Of a DNA stretch of 38,747 nucleotides, positions 22,148-34,660 are shown piece by piece; the stretch's first letter is position 1; every line of letters starts with the position of its first letter. The position numbers and the translations under genes are program-made. Under the pieces are notes generated by a model. The model made no database searches. It saw nothing but the letters and a program-made list of their open reading frames with translations, and was not told the DNA's origin. Source of the DNA: Vicugna vicugna (taxonomy: Eukaryota); NCBI GenBank assembly GCA_013265495.1, contig MU057930.1, positions 780,298-819,044 on the forward strand. Direction: 5' to 3'.

Positions 22148-22770
22148 TATTGGTTCTCTATTGCCACGGAGCAAATTACCACAAACTTAGAATCTTAAAA
22201 CAACACGTGTTGAGACCCTGGGTCAGGGGTCTGGAGTGTTTTACTTGGGTCCTCTGCGTAGGGTTACACAAGGCTGAAGTCAAGATGTCGGCTGGCTGCG
22301 TCCTCCCTGGGGGCTCACCTGGGGAAGGTGTTGCTTTCAAGCTCCTTTATGTTGTCTGGGAAATCCGTGTCTTGAGGGTCGCACAAAGGAGGTCTCTGCT
22401 TTCTTGCTGGCTGTTGGCTGGGGACCACGCTCAGATCCTAGATGCCCTCCAAGGGCAGTTCGTGGCTGTGCTGTTTGCCTTTTCAAGTCCATCAGGAGAA
22501 TCTCCCCCACATCGACTCTCTCTCTTGGGGAAGATCTGGACCCATGTTCTAAGGCTCACCTGATTAGGCCAGGCCCACCCATGATCAGCTCCCTTCCGTC
22601 AACTCCCAGTGACCAGATGAGGGTCCATAATTAAATTTGCAAAATCCCTTCCCCTTGGGTATATAGTGCAAATTAATTAGGAGACTGAGTAGCTCATTAA
22701 ATTCCCAGGGCACCCATACCAGGAGGCAAGAATCACGGAGGTCATCTTGAAAAGCCTGTTCACACCAGAC
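22148..22770 (-). mobile_element. MaLR LTR (MLT1 family), near full length
   Basis: 'aaattaccacaaacttag..ttaaaacaacac..cacaaggctgaagtcaagatgtcggctgg..aggctcacctgattaggccaggcccaccc..tttgcaaaatccctt..gtcatctt'. Confidence 0.85.
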
Positions 22771-23630
22771 CACCTTCTGATCACACCCCACACCCAGAGA
22801 TTCACATCCCTTCCAAGTGCAAGATACATTCGCTTCCTCACAAGGTTCTCCAGGAATCGAATCCTACCTGTCTTAGAAAGATGCCCCATCTCTGAAAATT
22901 CTCTTCGTGATGCAACCCTTCCGCCAACTCACAGTGGTCTCGTTTGTTCAATGTGATTTTTTTTTGCAATACACTGACTCGTGTATGTCTGTTTTCCTAA
23001 TCGCCCTGTAAGTAGAAGCACTTCTTGTGTTTCTTTGGGGCATTCAGCTCTTTGACACAGGAAAATCCCACAGAGGACTTACAAGTTTGAACTCAGCCAG
23101 CTCCTCTGCCGCACGACCAGACGCATCTGATAGGTGCATGTTTTCAAGGTGCCAAGAAGCAAAGCAAATGTTCCCCCACTTTGCTTACCATCCTTTGGGT
23201 GAGTGGGGAGGCACCTGGACCACAGAGGGAGCTGTGGTCCTGTGAAAGGCACACATCCAGCTCTTCCTTCCCAATTGAACCAAAAAAAAAGAGCTACGGT
23301 GATTCTTGGTGTCTTGATGGATGGGTCCTGCAGTTCTGGCCGTGGGGGTGGCGCAGTGGGGCTGCGCTGCGGGAGGCACAAGCTGCTTATAAATGTGAAA
23401 GGCAGAAGGGCTCCTAGCTGAGCTGCCCAGGTCAGCCACCTGATTAACCTCGCAGACGCTGCCACTTCCTCTGGCTCCTTCGTTAGCTGCAAGGGTAAAG
23501 GCAGACCGGTGCTCTTGCTGGGGCCAAACGTGTGCAGACAGAAAGGCGGGGGAAAGGGTGCACGGGCTGGGAGTGCCCGGCGGAGCTCTTGCAGAGGAAA
23601 GGGGCACGGTGGAGCCCTGGGGACAAAGGC

Positions 23631-23649
23631 AAGTGCCACCTGGCGGAAA
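23631..23649 (-). promoter_or_regulatory. CTCF-binding motif (reverse)
   Basis: Plus-strand GTGCCACCTGGCGG (23633-23646) equals CCGCCAGGTGGCAC on the minus strand, fitting CCRSYAGRKGGCRS. Confidence 0.6.
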
Positions 23650-24019
23650 CCCGTCTCACCGTCTTCCCAGCAGGGCCTTTGTCCTGTCACACGTCCTGCG
23701 ACCCGTGCAAGTGTTTGTTTGCAGGTCGGCTTCTAGAATGTGTGCACCTGCGTGCGCCAAATGAAGCCATTGCGTCCCCCACATTGTGGGGAAAGGCCCT
23801 CAGTGCAAGATATTTGTTCTTGCCAAGTGTTCAGAGCTTCCTGCCCAGGGACGTGGTCCCAGGCAAGCAGGTGTATAAGGAGGCAACGTGTTCATTTTTG
23901 TTGTTTTTCTCATTTTAGTTTTTGCAATGTGCGTCTTCACTGAAGACTTCCCTTCTTACAATGGCCAAGTCGTCTCTTGAGTAACTTCCTCCCACCCTCC
24001 CCTACCCCTGCCCGCAGGG

Positions 24020-24135
24020 TTACTCAGGTATAACTGGGGGAAAGAAAATTCTGCACATATTTAATGTGCACAATTTGAGGAATCTGGATACATGCAGACA
24101 TCACTATTCTCAAGGTCATAAACATACACCGGACG
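24020..24135 (-). mobile_element. Old L1M 3' tail fragment
   Basis: 'aggtataactg..aaaattctgcacatatttaatgtgcacaatttga..atcactattctcaaggtcataaacatac'. Confidence 0.7.
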
Positions 24136-24279
24136 TCCGAACAGTTCCCTGTGTCCGTTTGTTTCCATTTTGCTGTGGGAGGAACACCTAACATGAGATG
24201 CACACTCGTAACAATTGTTTTCAAGTGAGCAAAGCCCTGCAGGAGTCCACTTACATGCGGCATCTAAAAGGAGCCAGAG

Positions 24280-24913
24280 TTTTATATACCTGGAGGGAAC
24301 GCTAATGCAGAAATGACACCTGCACCCCAATGTTCATAGCTCCAGTATTTACAATAGCCAAGACATGGAAGCAGCCTAAGTGTCCATCCACAGATGACTG
24401 GATAAAGAAATTGTGTTATATTTCTATAATGGAATACTACTCAGCTGTAAAAAAAAAAGAATAAAATAATGCCATTTGCAGCCACATGGATGGACCTAGA
24501 GATCGTCATTCTAAGTGAAGTAAGCCAGAAGGAGAAAGAAAAATACCATATGGTATCACTCATATGTGGAATCTAAAAAAAAAACAAAGGACATTAATGA
24601 ACTCATCTGCAAAACAGAAAGAGACTCGCAGACATAGTAAACAATCTTATGGTTACTGGGGAAAGGGGGTGGGAAGGGATAAATTTGGGAGTTTGAGATT
24701 TGCAAATATTGGCCATTATATATAAACATAGATTTTTTAAAAAGTTTCTTCTGTATAACACAGAGAACTGTGTTCAATATCTTGTAATGACTTTTAATGG
24801 AAACAAATACGAAAACAAATAAATGTACGTGTGTGCATGACTGGGACACTGTGCTGGACACCAGAAACTGACACATTGTAACTGACTGCACTTCAATTCA
24901 AATCAATAAAATA
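24280..24913 (+). mobile_element. Young L1 3' end (ORF2 C-terminus and 3' UTR) nested in an older L1MB tail
   Basis: It is homologous to 13198-13830 ('tgacacctgcaccccaatgttca..cagcctaagtgtccatc..gatgactggataaagaa') and ends 'cattgtaactgactgcacttcaattcaaatcaataaaataa'. Confidence 0.95.
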
Positions 24914-25060
24914 ACATAGTCAGATTTATAAAAGCAAAAAAATAAAAACCCCAGAAGGATGGTTGCCAGCAGAGGGGGTTCCGGGGAACGGGAAGTTCTT
25001 GTTCAACGAGTACCGAATTTCAGTCCTACGCGATGAATAATTTCTCGGGATTTGCAGGGC
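24914..25060 (+). mobile_element. L1MB-like 3' UTR fragment (continues from about 24240-24279)
   Basis: 'atggttgccag..ggaacgggaagttcttgttcaacgagtaccgaatttcagtcctacgcgatgaataatttctcgggat'. The upstream part 'tccacttacatgcggcatctaaaa' lies before the younger L1. Confidence 0.7.
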
Positions 25061-25886
25061 ACGGAGCTGGTTATTAACCATGTGGGTTTGTGCACCGTCA
25101 GCGACTCCAGGTAACCGATCCCGCGCTGGACCCGGCAAGGAAGGAGAGCAGCGCAAAGCAGAAATCCCTTGACGTGCCTCCCGGCGGCTCAGGGTGCTGC
25201 GGGGAAGCCGTGACGCTGGATGGGTGTGAAGTCTTAACCTTTATGGTAACGAATGTATTTCTTCTAACTGGAAAAGGGACACATCTCATTGGACTTTACC
25301 TGCACTTTGGCCCCGTAGAAGCTGAATGTGGAGCACCTCTCTGATTTTTATCCTCTGGTCCACAGAAGCAAGTAGATTTCTATCTCTCTTTCATTTCTCC
25401 TTTGCCATTCCAGTGGTGTAGATTGAAAACTCAAAAAGAAAAAAGAACTTTTTTCTTTGTTCCCCTATGAGACATTTATCTTCCTTAAGACAACTTCCTG
25501 ACCTCGGATGCGGAGAGGGCTGTTCGAACGCATCCGTGGATGCTTTGTCATTCCAAAACAAAATCAGCTTCCGTTTCGTGGAGGGCTGGAGGCCAAGGTG
25601 GTGTTAAACTGTGGCTTTCGGTACTGAAGAAACACAGCAAAATGGTCCAAGCACACGAGCGGGTCTCCTTTGTCTACTGTGGAAAGCCAGAAACGTGGGG
25701 AGAATGAGGGCTATGCAGGTGAAAGTTAGGGATTTGAGGTCCCCCAGGCGGACGTGGAGACGGGACTCATGTGTTTAACTGCTAAGTGTGTGGTTATATG
25801 CAGAGTCACAAAAGAATGAGCAATAAATACAGAGGTGTTAGATCAATGCAAACAAGGTTGGGTGGAAGGAAATATCCAGAAGAAAC

Positions 25887-26103
25887 TCTTTAGTTTTTAA
25901 ATACATTTTTATTGAAGTACAGGCATTTTACAGCGTGTGTCCATTTCTGTGCAGAGCACAGAGCTTCAGTCATACATGAACGTGCGTCTGTTCTCAATTT
26001 CCTTTTCGATGCACGTTGCTACAAGATACTGAATACGGTTCCCCGTGCTGTGCAGTATAAACTTGTTTATTTATTTGATACGTGTATTAGTTAGTATCTG
26101 CAA
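25887..26103 (-). mobile_element. Short L1 3' tail with a 13-bp TSD
   Basis: 'ttttattgaagtacag..ctacaagatactgaatacggttccccgtgctgtgcagta..agtatctgcaaa'. The direct repeat ATCCAGAAGAAAC lies at 25874-25886 and 26104-26116. Confidence 0.92.
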
Positions 26104-27834
26104 ATCCAGAAGAAACCGTCCCGTCGGTTGTTACACAGTGTGAACGGGCGGCGGTAACTTACGTACAAGGTTCCATCTTCCCTGTTTGTAACATGGAGCA
26201 GTTATGAGTGTAGGTGCTTGGAACTTTGAATGAGAAAAGGCTAGCAGGGTGTTTCGAAAATTTTTTTTTAATCACCTTGAACAGGCGGTCGCCCCGACCG
26301 ACATCCCTGACTTGGAAGACCCATCTCTTCCTGTAATCGTCCGTGGGGAAAACTCAGCCAGTCGACGCCTAGGCAGGACATTGTCGTGGCAGAAGGGTGT
26401 GTGTGCGAGTCCCCTGCAGGGTGGGATGTCCATTTCAGAACTCTGATCTGCAAGAGTTCAGGAAGTTTTTAAATCCGCCCGTGGAGAAGTCAAAGGGCTT
26501 CTCATCTACAAGAAGGAAGGGGCTGAAAAAGATGCGATCAGGAACGGCCTCCAAGCTCTCACGTTCTCTTATTTTAGGATTCTTTAATCAGCGAGCTGGT
26601 CTTCAGAACTTCATTCCGGAGACGATGAATATTCCCTTTCAAGCTGAGAGTCTGGGCTGTTTCCAAGTGCTCCGTAGTAGACATTCGGGGCTGTCGGCAC
26701 CAGCTGTCACGATGATTGGATGGAAGACGGTTAACACAACTTTGTTCTTGGCCTCATCAACGCCTACGGGTGGATAAGCGTCTCTCCCCTCAAGATGTCA
26801 AAAAAGGACAGACGTGGAGGCCCTTCTGCTGTCTTTAATCAGCCGTGCCTCGCTCCCCTTTAATCAGACGCATAATTTCCAGCATGATTTGTCGAGTTCA
26901 CACCCTGTACACAGGTGGGCTCACACCTCACAAAAACAAAGGAATTATGAGTTCCTCATTGAAAATGTTCAAACTCACCATTCAACGCAGGAATGCAAAT
27001 CAGACAAACGTTTCCGCTCTGTGGAGTTGACAAGGCACAGGACCCACGAAAGAAATGGCTGGTGAGTGAGATGTCTGCGGTGGGTGAGGGTTCGAAGTGA
27101 GCAGGCCACAAAGTCCCGGCATTCAGTCATCAAACCAACTCACACAACGGTGCTAACTGCCTGTAAGTTGATCGCTGGGGCCACCGGGTCACCTTCCAGC
27201 GCAAAGTGAGTTGCCCTGTTAAATTTATTTTTATTTTAAGATGACCACTGGCAATTGGATTGACAATGAGCGGTCACGGCAGGATATTTTTTTTTTTCAA
27301 GCACAGCTTTTCCGGTTTCTAGATCACACTGCAGGCTTGCTTCCTTGCTTCAAAGGGCATAATAATCAAAAGGATGGTGCGATCAGGAAAAAGCGAAGAC
27401 AATGTGGTACCCCACTAGCGAGAAAACACACGTGGCGATGTGCCCACGGCCCTGGGTGTGGCTGGACCGCACCCCTGTGGGACGCTCCTGCAGCCCAGCT
27501 TTGCTGTCTTGCTCTTACTCAAACTGACTTTGCTTTCTGGCGTTGAGAGCTGGAGTGTGACTCTCATTAGGACGTAAAAGTTGGGGTGGCCCCTATTGCT
27601 GAGTGCCTGTTTCCAAAGACCTCATTTTTAGAAGGGCAAACGTGAGCAGGCAGCCCGCTCCTCCATGCGGAAATGGGTTTTGGTGGTGCCTCAGGGTTGA
27701 ACAGTGCAAAGACAGACAGGCACGTGGGCATTGTGGGGGTGTTTCATTGCCTGGGAATATGCATCCTTACAGGTAACACCTATTAAATATTCTAACACAT
27801 GCATGTATATGTCACTCTGATGTATATTAGTTAC

Positions 27835-28035
27835 ATTTGTTCTATCCGGGCCCTCAACTGATTAGACGAGGCCCACCTACATGGTAGGGGTGGGAGGGCA
27901 ATCTGCTTTATTCAGTCCACTGATTCAAATGCTCATCTGACCTGGCGTAACCCTTAAAGACACACTTAGAAATAAGGTTTACTGTGGGCACCCCATGGCC
28001 CCAGCAAGTTGACACTTAAAATTAACTCTTTCACA
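27835..28035 (-). mobile_element. ERVL LTR (MLT2 family) fragment
   Basis: 'tcaactgattagacgaggcccacc..gggagggcaatctgctttattcagtccactgattcaaatgct..caagttgacacttaaaattaac', homologous to 9888-10158. Confidence 0.88.
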
Positions 28036-30200
28036 CACACACACGATCAGACGGCCTCAAATGCACAGGACTACAGCTTGCTCTCAGGAAGGAATCAGGG
28101 CAGATTTTGGAGAGCAGGTTCTGTCGCCAATCACACAACCTTCCCGCCCACGATGCATCATAACCCCTGGTCGTGGGTGAGCAAATGTGAAGGAGCATGC
28201 TGTAAGGCTCCAGTCCTAAGAGGACTGTGAGCTGGAGTCTTGTGTAGCTGCTGTGACAGAGAACCAGAACTGCAGTTCCATTCCTGGCGTCTCCAGGGTC
28301 CTCGCACACTTCGATTAAGCCGCTCAAGTTTAGAAAGCACGTTCACGCCCACCAGTTTGTGGAGAGCTCCAGCGCCCGGTGTGTTCGGTCAAGAAGTCTC
28401 TTTATTTTCAGGACCCTGGGGTTAAACACAGGATGTCTATTGATTACGGAAGATCACGGTCACACTTAAGCTGGGAAATCTGGATGCAAGGACCAGTTTC
28501 AAGGACTAGTTGAGGGACATGCTAACAGCCTCTTGTCTGAAGCGTTTCAATAACAGACATTATTTTTGAAGCTCTCAATGACGGTGTTCAAAGAGATGAG
28601 CCCCAGAGGCTTCAGGACGTGTGACCTCGAAGGGGATTAACACTATTTGAAGTGGGCTTTTTTGTTCCCATGAGAATGAAAATACACAGAAGACTGATGG
28701 GAGTTATTTGTTAAACAAAACGCCTAAACAAGGCTCCACTCTGTTTTTGCTTTTTTTTTTCTTTGTTTGTTTAACTGACAATTCTCTGAATTAACTCTTG
28801 AACCTACTTTGGCAGGTGAGCGTTCACTCCACGAGCAGAATTCAATGAATCACCAGGAGACGAGACAGTGGAGCAAATTGAGCCGCGTAGCAATACTCGG
28901 GTTAACGGCCTGTAAGCATCTCCCAGGAGCAAAGGGAAAAAACATTGGGGCTTAACTGAGACGCAGAGAGCTCGCTTCAGCGTTCCGCGCTGGGCTGGCA
29001 AAGATGTGGCGGACCTGCCCCCTCGTTCTGGCTTTCACAGACATCTTGCGTGATCCCCGGATCTGTCTCGGTGTCCCCTTCCGGAGAAGCCCACCTGGAA
29101 CCTGGCGAGGGCTGAGAGAGGGTGACGGGATGGAGTTGGGAAGGTGAACCGTTCATCCACCTGTGACGATGGTGGGCGGACACGTACGTCTCAGACCCCA
29201 GGAGGGAGGGCCAGATGCAACCTGGGGCAAGAGCAGGTGTTCCTCCCAAGACAGAGCCACACATATTGCTCCACGCGGCATGAACGGATGAGGGGAGGGG
29301 ACAAAAAAGAGTTCTGTTCATTCAGTAGGAGTTTTTGTCACTTCATTAATGATGTGTATTAGGTACATATGATTGTAAGTTTTTTTTCTCCCACCAGCAG
29401 TGGAGAGACACATCTTTCCATCCTCTCTTCTGTCCTTCCAGGAAACAAATCTGTCTTCCACTTTTATTCTGCATTATCCACACCATTCAGTCTTTTACTG
29501 ATGGCCGCTGGGACCGTTAGCCACCAGTGACATCTCTCCCGGGCGCTCACATACATTTCGCTGCTTTTTCTCTCTCGCTTATTCTATAAGGCACTTCTCA
29601 GCAGATTAATGGATCCGAACCCTCATTTCAATTATTTTTATTACGCCTGGCTACTGCTGACTCCTATTAAAAACGAGAGTGCACAGTTCATTTAAGGATT
29701 CAATATTCCTGTTAAGCAGTAACTCACGTCGGTTTCCCCATTACCACGCCGCCAACCCGTGGGATCCGCTTGATGAATAGGAGCCGCGGCCATTAAAACT
29801 TTGCCTTCGTCCACTGAGCACTGTTTGTATCGTGGGAAGTTTGCCTCGAAATGCTTAATAATCACTGATGAATTTCTCTCTAAGTTGTGCATCCAAGGCG
29901 ATGACCACGGTGAACCCAAGGGAAAGCTATAAACCTTCATGCATTTCTAGAAGACGAGGTAATTTTGTGCTTAGACTGGTAGCAACGGGAGCAAATTCTG
30001 TGTGCAAATAATCGAAAACCTACAGAAAGAGCAGCCATCCGTGACATGGGCTGCATGAATTTGGACTGTCCGTGGGGATATATCTCCCTGGGAACAGGGT
30101 GACACTTCGACTCACGTTACTGAATGACGGAGCTTTTGCTTTGTTTTGCTTTTCCCCAAAGTGTTCACCGAGGCACATGTGTGATGGTCACAACACACAC

Positions 30201-30850
30201 GTGTTAAGTCTCCTAGTCTGTGTCGCGCACCGCCGCAAACTGAACAGCTTAGAACAGCAGCCATCCTGGATGTGCAGACGGCGTCGACGCGTCCTGCAGG
30301 TCGGAAGTCCAGGATGGCGTGGCTGGATCGCTTCCGCTCGCGGTTCCACAAGGCTGGAATCAAGCTGCTGGCTAGACTGGGTTCTCGCCCAGAAGCTCGG
30401 GGGAAATCAGTCCGGCGCTAGCTCCCTTCTTGCTGTTGGCGGAATTTAGTTCCTTGCAATTGTAGGGCTGAAGTCCTTTTATTATTTTCTTTCTTTGTCT
30501 TTTTTTGCTGACTAGTTATGAGCTGGGGATGTGTTTCAGTTCCTAAAGTACACCCACATTCCTATTCATGCGACGTTCTCTAATCTTTCAGGGGAAACAG
30601 CACATGGAATGCTGGTCATTCTTCAAGTCCCTTGCTTCCTCTTCTGCCACCAGCCAGAGAAAACTCTGCTTTTAAAGGCTCGTGCAATTAGCCACAGCAG
30701 CACAGTGTCTCTGTGCCAAGGTCAAAAGATTTGGGATTCTAACTGCATCTACAGATCACTTCATAGAGGTTCCTAGATAAGTGATTTGAGAATCTTGCAG
30801 AAGTTGTGTGTGCACAAGGGGGCAGGGATCTTGGAGGGCCATCTTAGAAA
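30201..30850 (-). mobile_element. MaLR LTR (MLT1 family)
   Basis: 'caaactgaacagcttagaacagc..ggtcggaagtcc..ccacaaggctggaatcaag..ttggcggaatttagttccttgcaattgtagggctgaagtcc..cttttaaaggctcgtgcaattag..ggatcttggagggccatcttaga'. Confidence 0.82.
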
Positions 30851-31601
30851 CCTTCTGAAGGTGCACATTGCATTCTTGGGGCTCCCCAGTTGGAATTCTC
30901 CAAGAACCCAAGGGCTTTTGGTTCTAGTCCCAAGGGTTTACTTGTGTTGTTTACAAATATAAAGTGGAAACCGATCTGGGGAGAATCTGATGTTCGTTGC
31001 TTTATGCTCCTATTCAAAAGAAACGTAGACATGGACTCAGCAAAGGACTGACCGTTAATCTAACTATTAATTAATCAAACTAACCATTAAGATCTGTGCA
31101 AATGACCCTGTGGGCAGGGAGAGTCACAGGGGAGCCTGATTTCCTGCGATGCACGTGGAGGGTAAATGAAGCAACATTCAGTCCATATTCTATATAGGTC
31201 TACACTTTAGGACCGGCTCCTTGGGAAGAGACGCCATGGGGTCGTAATCTCACGGGCCAGTTTGTGAGACTGGATATGGAGAGGACGCAGCTAACGCTGG
31301 GGTTAGTGTCTGTCTACACACTTCACTCTCACCCCTGGCGTTTCTATTTGGGGACTAAACTGGGGAAAGATGAGGTCACGAAAGGCTGGGTCCCACTGAC
31401 CAAATTCATCCTTGCTACCCTGACATGTGCTTTTAGGAAACTGATTCAGCTCAGCCCATGGGGTAACTTCTAGTCTCTTCATCTGCACAACCAAGGGGAG
31501 ATGAAGACATTTAAGTTAAGAAAAACATATCCTTGGTGGTGACTGTCTCCTTCTGTCCACTTCGGAGAAGTTGGTTATAATTTTACTATTTTCTAGATCT
31601 T

Positions 31602-31861
31602 TTTATTTACTTGTTTACTTGTAATTTATTTATATTTTGAAGGCTAGTTGATTTACAATGTTGTGTTAGTTTCAGATATATAGCAAAGTGATTCAGTTAT
31701 ACACATATATATATTCTTTTCCAGATTCTTTTCCATGGTAGGTTATTACAACATACTGAGTAGAGGTCCCTGTGCTGTACAGTAGGACCTTGTTGTTTAT
31801 CTCTTTTATACATTGTAGTTTGTGTCTGCTAACCCCAAACTCCTAATTTATCCCTCCTCCC
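31602..31861 (-). mobile_element. Artiodactyl-type L1 3' tail
   Basis: 'tagttgatttacaatgttgtgttagtttcag..gtgattcagttata..ccctgtgctgtacagtaggaccttgttgtttatc..ctcctaatttatccctcc'. Confidence 0.93.
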
Positions 31862-32289
31862 AAACTGTAACTTTATAAAATAATGATTTGGCCACAAGGA
31901 ACTGGGATCGAGACTATGTAGGTATCTTTTCTTTGCTAAGGAACATTTAAAAAAAAAAAAACGTTCTTCATTATTTTAAATTAATTTGGTTAATAATGTC
32001 ACTGACTTTTATTAGTAATAGCTTTCTTGGTAAATGATGTTACTCTTCTAGATTAACGCAGTGCCAACAGCTATCCTCTTTCGTTCTGCATCCATGGCAA
32101 AGACAGAGCAATTTTGTCCTGGCATCGGCCAGACTGATTGCGTTCAAAACTCAACATATTCTGCAAGAGTCTTATTGTATATGCCATCAGATTTGGATGT
32201 ATAAATGTGCTTTATGGTAGGTTGCTCTGATAGATTACATAGCTACTTTTTTTAAAAAAAAAAAACATACTTTTTTGGGGAGGGTGAGC

Positions 32290-32404
32290 GGAGGTAATTA
32301 GGTTTATTTATTTATTTAATTTTTTTGGAGGCGGTCCTGGGGATTGAACCCACGACCTCGTGCGTGGTAAGCACATGCTCTACCACTTGAGCTGTACCTC
32401 CCCC
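32290..32404 (-). mobile_element. tRNA-Ala-derived SINE (vic-1-like), full length
   Basis: 'ggaggtaattaggtttatttatttatt..ggtcctggggattgaacccacgacctcgtgcgtggtaagcacatgctctaccacttgagctgtacctcccc'. Confidence 0.92.
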
Positions 32405-32696
32405 GTGCCCCCATAGCTACCCATTTAAGCACACAAATCGGGGACTTACCCCTCCGCCCCCATGCTGGGTATCATGGGCTGAGACAGTGCAATTCCCTTC
32501 CCTAATAAAAATACCGCCATTTCCGCTTTAAGAAGGGAGCAGTAGCCCTCCAGAGACAGTCAAGTTTATATGGCTTCCCTGCTTGAAATGCTGCCCCGGA
32601 TAGGAAAATCCTAATTGCCATAATAAAGATACCAAAACATAGTATAAAAAAAAAAAAAAAGAAATTACCACTTGCAATGGGAATGCTCTTCTGGAC

Positions 32697-32960
32697 CAGG
32701 GTTTTTTCAACCTCAGCGCTACGTGATATTTTGGCCCCAGATCGTCTGGTGCAGTGCACTAAGGCATCTCTAGATGCTTTCCTTTAGATGCCAGTTAACA
32801 ATCCCTCCATTGGGTTTTCTTTTCTTTTCCTTTTTTTCTTGAAAATGTTTTGTTTTTTAAATCGTGAGTCCTCCTCTCCCATTGTGATAAGCAAAAGTGT
32901 GTCCAGATACCCCCAAATGTCCCCTGGGGGGTAAAATTATTCCCCAGTGCGGAACCAATG
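32697..32960 (-). mobile_element. MER20 hAT-Charlie DNA transposon, split by a T-rich insert of about 57 bp
   Basis: 'cagggttttttcaacctcagcgcta..tagatgccagt' then 'ttgtgataagcaaaagtgtgtccaga..ccaaatgtcccctggggggtaaaattatccccagtgcggaaccaatg'. Confidence 0.85.
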
Positions 32961-34486
32961 CTGGAGGGCACAAATCCAAACCTTGGGGGAAAATGCACTG
33001 AAGAGCTGATTTTTGCAGTATCTCCCCACCACGCTGAGGACAAGCTGCTCTGAAAACGCCAGGCCAATATGGCGGCCAAACCCAGCAACGGAAGCCATGA
33101 AAGGGAATCGCTCAAAGATTCAGGCGCAGGGAGATTTCCTCTGAGGATGCTCATGGAGTGCCTTGCACAGTAAACGATCTCTAAGTTTGCTGTAGCCTCC
33201 AGCATTGATTGCACACACATTCATGTCCTGGCTTCTCAATTCCTCCATGAAAATGTGCTCACTCCTGGGAACCTATAAGATCCTCCCAAAATGGCTGTGG
33301 AGCCTCTTCTATTCAAATTCCACCAACGGCGTTATTTCTTTTCACGAAAAGGCTGCTGAAAGTTTGCCACATTTGGGTGTCACTTGAGTTCTTGGAGACC
33401 CATGCCAGAAGACACAATTCACCACCACCCCCAACCCAAAGAAGACACTTAGATTAAATTTTAGGGAAAAAATGTCAAACACCAGTAAGTCAGTCTTTCA
33501 AACCATAGGCGCCATATGCCAGGGAGGCAGAGTCCTTAATTCTACTGAGAGATTTAAGATTTATATGATCTTTCAATGCTTCAGCTACTGAGTTGGACGG
33601 TGAGGATGTTGAGGGGGAGCAGAGAGCCCGAAGCTTAGGCTCTGGTCCCACGCTGGGCGGGGGAAACTGTATGCGGCCGTCACAGGGAGTGATGACGCTG
33701 TGGGTTGCACGGTGGTCACAAAACGGCCACTTACCTTTCCCGCTGGATCTGCAGTCACAGGGTGTCTGTCTCGGGGAGAGCATTAACTGAGTCTTCTCTG
33801 AGCCATATTTCTCCACATTCCTTTAAATATGAAGACTTGATTAAATCATCAGAGATGGGAAAGTTTCTTTTTCTTGTCAAATGAGACCATGTCGGCACGG
33901 TACTGCAGGGTTTTTTTTCTTTCTTCTTCTTTTTAACAAACAAGCCATTTGCAAGGAAAATATTTTCATGGTGTCACTTACTATGCAGAGGGCATTGTAA
34001 TTAATAATCCATTAGCGTGAAGCCCTGGGACACAGCTGGAGGTCTGCAACGGGGCCAGAGGGGCTGTTTATTTTGAATTTTAATGTTTTTGTCGGTGTCT
34101 CCCTGTTTCTTTGTAAATTACGCTCCAAACAGGATTGCAAATATTCTGCTGCTGATGAAGGGCTGTGGAAAACATAAATTTCCAGCAGGTTTTGCTAACC
34201 TTATTTTTGTCTCTTGAAATATATATATATATGTATATATTTTGGCCGAGCTGAAGGATGGAAAGCATTATATTTCACCACCGTGTTCCACTAGATTTAG
34301 GATTTTTGCTGAGCTATAAAAAGAGAAGGAATGACTCTCATGTCATGCAGATATTGCCCCTAATTCATTCAAGCATCTACCAATAAAATGCTCTTGAGTT
34401 GCGATAAAGTTTATCACTACCAGTGACAGGAATTAAAGGGAGTCTATGAAAAATTGGCTCATAATAATCAAGACAGCAGATAAGAT

Positions 34487-34660
34487 CCCTTTCTTCTTTT
34501 GCCCCTTCCTTATGTCTTTCCTTCCTTCCTTCCTTCCTTCCTTCTTTCCTTTTTCTCCTTCCCTTCCTTCCTTCCCTCCCTGCTTCCTTCTTCTTTCCTT
34601 TGTTCCTCCGGCCCTCCCTCCTTCCCTCCCTCTGTCCATCTTTTCTCCATTTCCTGTTTC
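34487..34660. repeat. Polypyrimidine (TTCC/TCCC)n low-complexity tract
   Basis: About 170 bp, almost entirely C/T on the plus strand. Confidence 0.93.

Noticed and set aside
23079..23690. Longest ORF in the track (203 aa, minus strand)
   Set aside because: It has Pro/Ala/Leu-rich composition typical of GC-rich non-coding DNA, no recognisable domain, and overlapping ORFs in several other frames.
24962..24980. Additional CTCF-like match CCAGCAGAGGGGGT (others near 1026 and 37307)
   Set aside because: Each has two or more mismatches to the core consensus, and two of the three lie inside repeats. Matches this weak are expected by chance in GC-rich DNA.
26400..26780. Possible exon (126-aa ORF; ttattttag acceptor-like site near 26577)
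   Set aside because: There is no convincing donor site or protein similarity. A lncRNA exon cannot be excluded without RNA data.
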